NCBI GenBank assembly: GCA_963782525.1
Contig: CAWAKC010000009.1
Location: 176,727-240,726, forward strand
Direction: 5' to 3'
DNA from: Candidatus Bathyarchaeota archaeon
GTDB lineage: Archaea; Thermoproteota; Bathyarchaeia; Bathyarchaeales; Bathycorpusculaceae
DNA: 64,000 nucleotides
The position numbers were made by a program, and so were the translations under genes. Positions within the stretch are counted from its first letter, which is position 1. Every line of letters starts with the position of its first letter. Below, piece after piece: positions 38,187 to 46,533 of this stretch. The notes beneath the pieces are model-generated. The model was not told the origin of the DNA and made no database searches. It saw nothing but the letters and a program-made list of their open reading frames with translations.

Positions 38187-40085
38187 CTATTTTAGCCGTT
38201 CCCGCAAAAGTTTACTTACCAATTCGGGATTGGCTTTTCCCCGGACCTCTTTCATTGCCGCACCCATAAGCATGCCCTGAACGTTCTTGCCTAATTTTTC
38301 GATTTGTGATTTGTTGGCGGCGATTATGCGGTCGATGATTGGCGATAAGTCAGCTTCAGTAAACATTTTCAAACCCAAGGCTGCTATTGCATCTTGCACG
38401 GTTTTATCTTCATTCTTAGATAGCCAACTGAACAATTCAGCTAATGCTTCTTTGGCGAGTTCTCCTGAGCCCACGGATTTGAAGATTGCGCTGATACGGT
38501 CATCTGTCACGTTTTCGGTTTGAATGCCTTCTCGTTTGAGTGCTTTGACTGTTTCGGTGAGGAATGCTGCAACGGTGGAAGCTGCGACTCCGCTAGTTTT
38601 GGCGGTTTCTTCAAAGAGGAGTATGTATTCGGAGTCTATGAGTTGTTTGGCTAATTTTTCGTTTAATCCGTACTGTTTTATGAGGCGCGTAAGCTTTTTG
38701 TCGGCAGGTTCGGGCAGATGCGAACTCACCTTTGCTATGATCTGTTCCGTTATCGTTTGGGCAGGAATGTCGGTTTCGGGGTACATTCTTGCGGCGCCTG
38801 GACGTGGGCGCATATATCGTGTGGTTCCGTCGTCTTTGGCGGTTCGGGTTTCCGCAGGGATGCCAGTACAGGCTTCTTGCGCCCGTTCCACAACTGCTTT
38901 GAGGGCGTCTTGGGTGTTTTCTGTTATATCGGCAACAAACACCACTGCGTCGGTTTCTGTGGCTCCGATTGTTTTCTGCACAGCTTCGACTTCTACAAAC
39001 GTGATTCCATAGTTGGAGAGTGTTTCGTCAGTGTGGAATATTCCGCCGACTCTGCCCCAGAATTTAGCGCGGTCAGACAGCTCTGAGCCTAAACGGAAAT
39101 TTGGCATCAATTCACGCCCAGTTAAGCCTGCGAAACCTGAAAGTTTGACAGCTAAGACTTTATAGTTTTTGTCGACTGCTTTGCGGATAACTTTGCTTTT
39201 AGTGTCTTTGAAGATGGCTGTAACATCGATGAATTCCATTTTAAGCGATTCTGGTTTAATACCGCGTTTAGCAAGCTCCTCTTTAATCTCGATTAATCCA
39301 AGCTGACGCTGAACCTCATATTCGACGACAGTAGAAATCAACTCAAGTTCCTGAACACCTTTGATCTCAATCAACGCACCATTTGGCAAAGACACGTTGA
39401 GGTCCTGACGAATCGTACCCAAGCCCCGCATTACTTTTCCTGTGTCACGGAGAATTCTGCCGATGGCGAACGCAACTTCCTGAGCTTCGCTCGGCGAATA
39501 AATCACGGGTGCAGTCGCAACTTCTATGAGCGGGATTCCTAAGCGATCGATGCGGTAGCGGATGGTTTTGCCTTCATCTTGAGTTCCTGTTTTTCGTGCG
39601 GCATCTTCTTCGAGGCTAACAGCTTGCATGGGGATGATTTTTTCGCCGACCTTAATCCAACCATCCAAAGCTATAATGCAGGTGCGCTGGAAACCTGTGG
39701 TATTTGAGCCGTCAATAACCGTTTTTCTCATCACATGGACTTCGTCGACAGGCTGCATGTTCATCATAAGCGAAGCCGTCAAAACCACTTCAACCGCTTC
39801 TAAATTGATAGGATGCGGCGGCTCCTCATCCATCTCAACAAGACAGCTACTTTTCCGGTTAGCTTCATAGAGAATTTTCACGCCTTTCTGGAACTCAAAA
39901 AAAGCCGCTGGGTCAATCTGTCCAAGTTCGCTTTGGGTTGGCCTGAGTCGACGTAGGAATGTGATTTCGGGGTCTTCTTTGAAGAGTTCAGGTGGGCAAC
40001 TGCAGAAGAGTTTGCTTTTGACGTTGAGTTGCTGATGGATTTCTAATCCAACTTTCAAGCCGACTTTTGCATAGTCGATGGTCAT
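38187..40085 (-). CDS. gatE: Glu-tRNA(Gln) amidotransferase subunit E
   Basis: GLEIHQQL, DGSNTTGFQRT, LEEDAAR, GLGTIRQDLN, RMYPETD. Confidence 0.97.
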   Translation of the reverse strand: MTIDYAKVGLKVGLEIHQQLNVKSKLFCSCPPELFKEDPEITFLRRLRPTQSELGQIDPAAFFEFQKGVKILYEANRKSSCLVEMDEEPPHPINLEAVEVVLTASLMMNMQPVDEVHVMRKTVIDGSNTTGFQRTCIIALDGWIKVGEKIIPMQAVSLEEDAARKTGTQDEGKTIRYRIDRLGIPLIEVATAPVIYSPSEAQEVAFAIGRILRDTGKVMRGLGTIRQDLNVSLPNGALIEIKGVQELELISTVVEYEVQRQLGLIEIKEELAKRGIKPESLKMEFIDVTAIFKDTKSKVIRKAVDKNYKVLAVKLSGFAGLTGRELMPNFRLGSELSDRAKFWGRVGGIFHTDETLSNYGITFVEVEAVQKTIGATETDAVVFVADITENTQDALKAVVERAQEACTGIPAETRTAKDDGTTRYMRPRPGAARMYPETDIPAQTITEQIIAKVSSHLPEPADKKLTRLIKQYGLNEKLAKQLIDSEYILLFEETAKTSGVAASTVAAFLTETVKALKREGIQTENVTDDRISAIFKSVGSGELAKEALAELFSWLSKNEDKTVQDAIAALGLKMFTEADLSPIIDRIIAANKSQIEKLGKNVQGMLMGAAMKEVRGKANPELVSKLLRERLK

Positions 40086-40086
40086 T

Positions 40087-41427
40087 TTATTGTGCTCCTT
40101 CAAAGATTTTGTCTTGCGGAAGCGTTCGCGGCAAATATTCGCCTGCAATGTTAGTTTTCAGTAGCTTGATGGCTTCTTTGGGGTCACTGGTTTGGCCGAG
40201 AGCCCACATTAGTTTAACGAGTCCTGTTTCGGGGAACATGTCATCAAGTGGCACGACGCCGAACGATAAGAGGTCGCGTCCTGTGTCGTAGACGTTCATG
40301 TTTACGCGTCCCCATATGCATTGGGAAGCCAACGCAACTACCACGCCCTTCGCCACCGCATTCTTGATTGCGTCAAAGCAGAATTTGCTGACATGTCCTA
40401 AACCTGACCCTTCGAGCAAAATTCCTTTGAAGCCTTTTTCAACATAAAAGTCGATGATTTCTGGGTCAATTCCAGGATAGAACTTGACGAGCGCCACTTT
40501 GTCGCTGAAATTTGGCTTTAATACGAGTTTTTTCTTGGGGTCTCGGCGCTGGTACTGGTCAGTTTCCATGGTGACTTGCAAGTTTTTGACTTTGGCGATG
40601 GGGAAGCCGTTGATGGATTTGAAGGTGTCTCGGCGGCTGGTGTGGCACTTGCGAACTTTGGCGCCCCTGTGCACGATGATCGCGATATCTGAGATGGTTT
40701 CATGCATGGCTAAGCCTACTTCGGCGAACGGTGCTTCTCCAGCGGCTTTAACTGCGCCAATAAGGTTTGTGGCTGCGTCGCTGCTGGGGCGGTCAGACGA
40801 ACGCTGTGCACCTACAACGATAACTGGGACAGGCAAATTCTGCAAAGCAAAGCTCAACGCGGCTGACGTGTAAGCCATCGTGTCTGTGCCGTGTGCTATT
40901 ACTATGCCGTCGACGCCTTGTTCGATGCGTTCGGCAACTTTTTGGGCGAGTTCGCACCAGTTTTTCTGGGTGAGGTTTTCGCTGTAAATACTGTAAACGA
41001 TTTCTGTGTCAACTTGGGCGACGTCAGCGAGTTCTGGGACTACTCCGTAGAGGTCGCTGGCTGAAATTGCTGAGCGCACAGCTCCTGTGCGGTAGTCTAC
41101 TCGGCTTGCGATAGTTCCGCCTGTACTCATGATGACGACATGGGGCAGTTCTGGGTTCTGTTTTGGGATTGGCGGCGACGCAAATGTTGGTTTGTTTCCT
41201 TTGCCGATTTTTTCGACTTTCACGTCGGTGGCGGCTTGGATGCCGATGTTGTAGCCGCTCTTCATCTTGATGATAATTGCTGTGCCTTCGCCTGAACGGG
41301 GAATCAATATGCCCTCGTAGGTTTTTCCTTTACTTGTAACTTTGAGGATGTCTCCGACGTTGCAGTCAGCTTGTCTTAGCAAACGCAACGCTTCGCCCTT
41401 ATAGCCTGAATCTTCAAGTTCACTCAA
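40087..41427 (-). CDS. gatD: Glu-tRNA(Gln) amidotransferase subunit D
   Basis: STGGTIASRVDYRTG, HGTDT, QRSSDRPSSD, HTSRRD. Confidence 0.97.
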   Translation of the reverse strand: MSELEDSGYKGEALRLLRQADCNVGDILKVTSKGKTYEGILIPRSGEGTAIIIKMKSGYNIGIQAATDVKVEKIGKGNKPTFASPPIPKQNPELPHVVIMSTGGTIASRVDYRTGAVRSAISASDLYGVVPELADVAQVDTEIVYSIYSENLTQKNWCELAQKVAERIEQGVDGIVIAHGTDTMAYTSAALSFALQNLPVPVIVVGAQRSSDRPSSDAATNLIGAVKAAGEAPFAEVGLAMHETISDIAIIVHRGAKVRKCHTSRRDTFKSINGFPIAKVKNLQVTMETDQYQRRDPKKKLVLKPNFSDKVALVKFYPGIDPEIIDFYVEKGFKGILLEGSGLGHVSKFCFDAIKNAVAKGVVVALASQCIWGRVNMNVYDTGRDLLSFGVVPLDDMFPETGLVKLMWALGQTSDPKEAIKLLKTNIAGEYLPRTLPQDKIFEGAQ

Positions 41428-43019
41428 CTTTGTAGCCTCTTTGAAACGTAAACTCCATCACGCTCGTACCCAAAACGCATGTAATACCTTCTTGTTCCTA
41501 ACGCACTGATAACTAAAAGCTTTTTCAAACCGAGCTCTTCGCTTGCTATGCGCTCTGCTTCTTTTAGCAGGATTTGTCCATAGCCCTTGTGCTGCCAAGC
41601 ACCCTGGGTGTGTTTTCCGACGGGAACGAGTTGTCCGTAAACGTGGAGTTCCCGCACAATCGCTGAAGGCACGACAGTGATTTCGGGCCTGTGAGCTTTT
41701 GCCGATGGAACACGCATACGCAAGTAACCCAATAATATGTTGTTTTCTGGGTCTTCTGCGGAAATGAAATATTCTTGACCTTCAGATGCGACGTAGTGTT
41801 GGGTTAAGATTTTGATTTTTTCCAAGTCAGGTTTCATATGGTCAACTGCTAGGCGATGCCCAACTTCTCGGCAGCGGATGCATTGGCATTGGCTGCCCTG
41901 CGCTTTTAGTTTGGTTTGAACGAGCTCTCGAACATCGCTCTTTTTTACGCCTGCTAAAATCAGTCGTGCCGGGATGTCTCGTTGCACACGCATCACTCGT
42001 ACCCAGTTTGGGATGTTTTTTTTGATTTCAGCAATTACGTTGGCGGCTTGTTCAGTTGTATAAGGTTCAAAGGTACCTTTTTGGTACCATTCGTAGGCTT
42101 TTGTGCCAGCAATGGCAAGGCAGGGGTAAATTTTTATCATGTCAGGTTTAAAATCTGGATTGGAAAAAACTCGTTTGAACGCAACGATATCTTTTTCATG
42201 ATTAGATCCAGGCATGCCGGGCATTAAGTGATAAACGATTTTTAGCCCAGCGTCTTTCGCAATTCGCGTTGCCTCAACCACATCTGCAACGGTGTGGGTT
42301 CTTCCGACAAGCCGGTAGATTTCGTCGTCAGGGTTCTGCACACCAAGTTCCACACGCGTGACACCCATTCCAAGCATGGCGTCGATGTGGGGTTGTTTTG
42401 CCCAGTCAGGGCGAGTTTCAACGGTTATGCCGACGTTACGCGTCTTGCTGAGTTCCGCGTTCATCTTTGCCTCTTCCAAATTCGCGGAGTTCTTGTCGGT
42501 TATTGCATCTAGGCAGCGCTCGATAAACCAGGTTTGGTATTCCATGGGTGTAGCTGGGAAGGTTCCGCCCATAACGATTAACTCAACTTTATCAACTTTG
42601 TGACCGATAGCAGTGAGCTGGCGAATGCGGCTTTTAACTTGATCATAGGGGGCGAAGCTGTTCTGGCTTCCACGCAATGCAGCGGGTTCGTAGCCAGTGT
42701 AGCTTTGCGGAGAGCCCTTTGTTGGTCCTCCTGGGCAGTAAGCGCAGGGTTCTGGCTGCGGACAAGGATAAGGTTTCGTCATGACGGCGATAACTGTTAC
42801 GCCGCTGATGGCGCGGGTATTTTTTCTTCTAATTATTGGTAAGAGCTTCTTTGATTCCAGCGGGGTCAAAGCAGCAATTAAATCGGCATTGGCTGGGACA
42901 GCGTCTAAATGGTACTTCGCTGCTACCTTGATTTTTAAGCGGTTAACATCCTCATGTGTAGGAGACTGCATAGAAAGTAGCGTTGCAATTATTTCTTTGA
43001 GGGCAACTTCGTTAGTCAA
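41424..43019 (-). CDS. elp3: Elp3 radical SAM/KAT tRNA U34 carboxymethyltransferase
   Basis: CP...CAYCPGG, ETRPD, RVQRDIP, CIRCRE, RELHVYG, QHKGYG. Start approximate. Confidence 0.96.
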   Translation of the reverse strand: MTNEVALKEIIATLLSMQSPTHEDVNRLKIKVAAKYHLDAVPANADLIAALTPLESKKLLPIIRRKNTRAISGVTVIAVMTKPYPCPQPEPCAYCPGGPTKGSPQSYTGYEPAALRGSQNSFAPYDQVKSRIRQLTAIGHKVDKVELIVMGGTFPATPMEYQTWFIERCLDAITDKNSANLEEAKMNAELSKTRNVGITVETRPDWAKQPHIDAMLGMGVTRVELGVQNPDDEIYRLVGRTHTVADVVEATRIAKDAGLKIVYHLMPGMPGSNHEKDIVAFKRVFSNPDFKPDMIKIYPCLAIAGTKAYEWYQKGTFEPYTTEQAANVIAEIKKNIPNWVRVMRVQRDIPARLILAGVKKSDVRELVQTKLKAQGSQCQCIRCREVGHRLAVDHMKPDLEKIKILTQHYVASEGQEYFISAEDPENNILLGYLRMRVPSAKAHRPEITVVPSAIVRELHVYGQLVPVGKHTQGAWQHKGYGQILLKEAERIASEELGLKKLLVISALGTRRYYMRFGYERDGVYVSKRLQS

Positions 43020-43091
43020 GGGGAAAGTACCAAACAAAGGTTGGACTGCCAATAAATAAACTAAACTAACACAAAAATTAATTAAGCTTGT

Positions 43092-43253
43092 TTAGACCCA
43101 GTTTTGACCGGCTTTGCGCTGTAGAATCACACGCTTCTCATAATTTCGTCGAGTCCTAGTTTTTGGGCTCGGAGATGTTCTTTCTTGAGCAGTGATTTTT
43201 GGCGTTTGAGAGCGGACTTTTCCGGCTTTTGAAAGTGAACCGTGAGTTGGCAT
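43092..43253 (-). CDS. rps30e: 30S ribosomal protein S30e (53 aa, below ORF-track cutoff)
   Basis: Manual translation MPTHGSLSKAGKVRSQTPKITAQERTSPSPKTRTRRNYEKRVILQRKAGQNWV. Confidence 0.95.
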   Translation of the reverse strand: MPTHGSLSKAGKVRSQTPKITAQERTSPSPKTRTRRNYEKRVILQRKAGQNWV

Positions 43254-43405
43254 ATTTTACACCTTTGGCACAAATAACATGTATGTTGCACTTAAACCTT
43301 TAGCTACCTAAAACCCACATAAAATAAATGCGTTAGGCTTAGCTGCGATTTTTTTCTATAGCTCCTTTTTATATATTTGGATTGTGAATTTCTGAACTTT
43401 TCAGG

Positions 43406-43888
43406 TTACAACTCAGTTGCTTTCTTGTCTTTTAATTCGGCTGCGATTCTCTGCCCAAACTCTATTGCTTTAGCGAGTTCCCCGTCCACAACAGGTCCAT
43501 TTACACCCTTAACCCGCACGGAAAGACCAGGCATTATCAACACCGAACTGGGCAAACGCTCATTTATTTGGCGTTCGAGTTTTTTCATTGCCTTCTGGAA
43601 ATAACGGTCTCTCTGAAAATAAGTGTCGAAAACAGCAACCCACTTAGCATCCAAACGGTTGTTGGAGAGGGAATCCACAAATTTTCGCATAGTCCATGAG
43701 GGCCTTCCCATATGATTTGGCGCCCCAATCACCAACACATCGTAACCAACCAGCTTTTGAGAGTCAACATCTTTGACGTATTCAACCGCCACATCGAATC
43801 CACCTGCTTGATTTAACCCCTCAACGATTTTCATAGCCACAAGCTTCGTGTTGCCATATTTTGAATCGTAGATAACGAAAACTTTCAA
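43406..43888 (-). CDS. Flavodoxin family protein
   Basis: YDSKYGNTK, GAPNH, AVFDT. Confidence 0.88.
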   Translation of the reverse strand: MKVFVIYDSKYGNTKLVAMKIVEGLNQAGGFDVAVEYVKDVDSQKLVGYDVLVIGAPNHMGRPSWTMRKFVDSLSNNRLDAKWVAVFDTYFQRDRYFQKAMKKLERQINERLPSSVLIMPGLSVRVKGVNGPVVDGELAKAIEFGQRIAAELKDKKATEL

Positions 43889-43902
43889 GACAGCACCTCG
43901 CT

Positions 43903-44259
43903 CTAAGTTGCCTTGTCGAGTATCGGGGGTTTGCGCCGTGCATCCCAAGCATGATGCAACGCTAAACTTGGATGATGAATGAGAAGTCGTGGACCCGAGT
44001 AACGCATAACCTTCCTAACCTGCAGTTTCATATCAGGTTTGTAGCAGTGAATAACACATTTTCCGCAAGTAGTTTTTTTGTCTTGGAAAGGACATTTGTC
44101 AAGGCGCATGTACGCGTAGTCTTGGAATTGTTTGCATTCAACGCATAATTCGCCGTGGGTTTCGTGGTGGCCTCTGCAGTAGATGTCTACCATATACGCT
44201 ATGGTTTTTTTCTCGCGTTTCATCCGTTTATGTTCAGGGTTGGGCGGTTGAGGCTTCAT
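43903..44259 (-). CDS. YgbA family (nitrous oxide-stimulated promoter) protein
   Basis: REKKTI..M..IYC..HH, RLDKCPF...K..C..C..HCYKP, VMRYSGPR. Confidence 0.88.
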   Translation of the reverse strand: MKPQPPNPEHKRMKREKKTIAYMVDIYCRGHHETHGELCVECKQFQDYAYMRLDKCPFQDKKTTCGKCVIHCYKPDMKLQVRKVMRYSGPRLLIHHPSLALHHAWDARRKPPILDKAT

Positions 44260-44323
44260 TTTTATCGTCAGAATAATAGAGCCGCTTCGCCACATAAGAG
44301 TTTACCCTAAAATGTAAGGGTTT

Positions 44324-45394
44324 TCAGGGTAATCTTTGCGAAGTTGCGGACTTTGCTTTTTCGCCTTTTATGCGGTTTCTTCGTCTTAACGCAAGATGAA
44401 CAAGCGTCAGCATGACTGGAATTTCAATGAGAGGACCTACAACCGTTGAAACCGCCACCATAGGCATCGAAGCAAACGCAGTCAACGCGATTGCAATCGC
44501 CAACTCAAAGTTTCTTCCTGTGCTGTGAAACGCCATCGTAGCGGAGTCTTCATAGTTATACCCAAAACGCCGAGTGGTAAAGTAGACGAGGTTGAAGAGC
44601 AAGAAGAAAAATAGGACGACTGGAATTGCCATCTGCCAAACAAGCGAGGGATTATCTAAGATGACGCCGCCCCGCAACGCAAACATCACAACCATCGTGG
44701 CAAGCAACGCTAACAGTTGAAGCGAGTCGAAGTAGGGTATGAGTTTTTTCTGGAACCACTGCTGGGATTTGCGTTTGATGACTTCGCGGCGGGTTATAGC
44801 TCCTAAGAGCAGGGGTAAGCCAAGGTAGAGGAGGATGCTTTCTCCAATAAGGCTGATGTCGATTGAAACGTAGGTACCAACAAGCAGGGCAATGAACAGT
44901 GGCGTTGTGATTATTTGGATTATGCTGTTCCATGCCATAAGCACTATACCTAATGGACCGTTGCCCTTGCATAAGTCAGTCCAAACCAGCACCATGGCAA
45001 TGCAAGGTGCAACCCCAAGAAGAATCAACCCTGTCCAGAGGTACCGGGCAGTCAGTGGATCAATCAAGCCAAAGTACGGGAAAATTACTTCAAAGAATAC
45101 GTAACCTAAAGCAAACAACAGAAACGGGTTTACGGCGTAATTGAAGAAGACAATTATGCCGGTTTGTTTGGGGCTTTTTACGGCTTTTTTGAGTTCGCTG
45201 ATTTCGATTTTGGTCATGGCGGGGTAAATCATGAAGAATAAGCCGATTGGGATGCCTATCGACAGTGTGCTGCTGAACTGCGGGAGATACTTACCCAGTG
45301 CCAAACCAATAATTATGGCGATGAATATCCAGAGGGCAAGGAGTTTGCTTATCCAACCCAACGATTTAGTTTCATTTTCTTCACAAGCAGCCAT
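44324..45394 (-). CDS. acr3: Acr3 arsenite efflux transporter
   Basis: MIYPAM, APCIAMVLVW, GRNFELAIA, GPLIEIPV. Confidence 0.93.
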   Translation of the reverse strand: MAACEENETKSLGWISKLLALWIFIAIIIGLALGKYLPQFSSTLSIGIPIGLFFMIYPAMTKIEISELKKAVKSPKQTGIIVFFNYAVNPFLLFALGYVFFEVIFPYFGLIDPLTARYLWTGLILLGVAPCIAMVLVWTDLCKGNGPLGIVLMAWNSIIQIITTPLFIALLVGTYVSIDISLIGESILLYLGLPLLLGAITRREVIKRKSQQWFQKKLIPYFDSLQLLALLATMVVMFALRGGVILDNPSLVWQMAIPVVLFFFLLFNLVYFTTRRFGYNYEDSATMAFHSTGRNFELAIAIALTAFASMPMVAVSTVVGPLIEIPVMLTLVHLALRRRNRIKGEKAKSATSQRLP

Positions 45395-45421
45395 CTAATC
45401 CGAAACCTGTTTCCGCTATTC

Positions 45422-45760
45422 CTATTCGGTTGGACCGCAACTCATCTGTTCCACAACTTCCTTCTTCAGGATGGAGACGAGTTCAGGTGACAAGGCATCG
45501 GTGGTATTGTAGATTCGTGAGTCATTGATGGAGTACATTCTTTTGGTTCCGTCTTTTCGGCATTTGATTGCTCCTACGTCTTTGAGGATTTTTAGGTGAC
45601 GGGAGACGACGGGTTGGATGAGGCTGAGGTGTGGTACGATTTCGCAGACGCATTTTTCTCCGTCGCGGAGGAATTCGAGGATTTCGAGTCGGTGGGCGTC
45701 GGAGAGGGCGTGAAAGACTTGTGCTTTGAATCGTATTTGTGTGGTTGTTAGTTGGTTCAT
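45422..45760 (-). CDS. arsR: ArsR/SmtB metalloregulator
   Basis: FHALSD.HRLEIL, EKCVCEI, VSRHLKILK; upstream of acr3. Confidence 0.9.
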   Translation of the reverse strand: MNQLTTTQIRFKAQVFHALSDAHRLEILEFLRDGEKCVCEIVPHLSLIQPVVSRHLKILKDVGAIKCRKDGTKRMYSINDSRIYNTTDALSPELVSILKKEVVEQMSCGPTE

Positions 45761-45777
45761 AGCCAAAAAGAAAGTAT

Positions 45778-45796
45778 ATAACAATATTTAAATATT
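45778..45796. promoter_or_regulatory. Putative ArsR operator
   Basis: Palindrome AATATTTAAATATT directly upstream of arsR; near-identical motif at 49023-49040. Confidence 0.5.
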
Positions 45797-45835
45797 TACA
45801 TTAATGATTGTTCATATAACGCCGCCCAAACACGA

Positions 45836-46168
45836 GTGACAAAATTGACCGAAGATTACGTCCACATCCGAAACTGGCAACAATTCAAACACACAGTCAC
45901 AGAAAAAAACCCCAGCTCAATCGTATTCATCCTCGAACAAAACGGCTTTTCAAAAAACAAAGAACTTAGCACCCTCAAAATAATAATGCTCCATGACAAA
46001 CGCTACTACATCTTCTACGACTTCCCCAAAGGCGACACCCTCCGAGAAACAAAAATTCCCCTCCACAAAGACAAAAACGGCATCCCCAACCTAGACGAAG
46101 CCGAAGTCAAAGCATACCTGAAAGGTCAATTCCCAAACCTAGAAGTTTACTCGTTTTGGACAACATAA
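45836..46168 (+). CDS. Hypothetical protein
   Basis: 110-aa ORF with codon usage like the neighbouring genes, divergent from arsR. Confidence 0.7.
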   Translation: MTKLTEDYVHIRNWQQFKHTVTEKNPSSIVFILEQNGFSKNKELSTLKIIMLHDKRYYIFYDFPKGDTLRETKIPLHKDKNGIPNLDEAEVKAYLKGQFPNLEVYSFWTT

Positions 46169-46184
46169 ATTAAAGGTGATTTAA

Positions 46185-46469
46185 ATGTCTGAAGAAACAT
46201 ACGAAGGAATCCCCCGAGACAAAATACCTTGGGACCCCAAAATAGACTACGAAAAATGTATTGCCTGTGGAAAATGCGTTGACTTCTGCCATATGGGCAC
46301 TTTCAAGTTTGAAGAGGTAGCGGGCGAAAAAAGAACTACAGTAAACCCAGACAGATGTGTTGTTTTCTGTAGGGGTTGCGAGGATATCTGTCCAGCTGGC
46401 GCTATCTCCCATCCGTCAGAACAAGAAACCCAAAAAACAATCGACGAACTAAAAAAAGCAAAAACCTAA
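46185..46469 (+). CDS. 2x[4Fe-4S]-type ferredoxin
   Basis: CIACGKCVDFC and CVVFCRGCEDICP. Confidence 0.9.
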   Translation: MSEETYEGIPRDKIPWDPKIDYEKCIACGKCVDFCHMGTFKFEEVAGEKRTTVNPDRCVVFCRGCEDICPAGAISHPSEQETQKTIDELKKAKT

Positions 46470-46533
46470 TGCCGGAGTGTTAGTCTTTTGCAGTTAATCC
46501 CTTTTTATTCACAATATTTATCGCTCTAAAAAC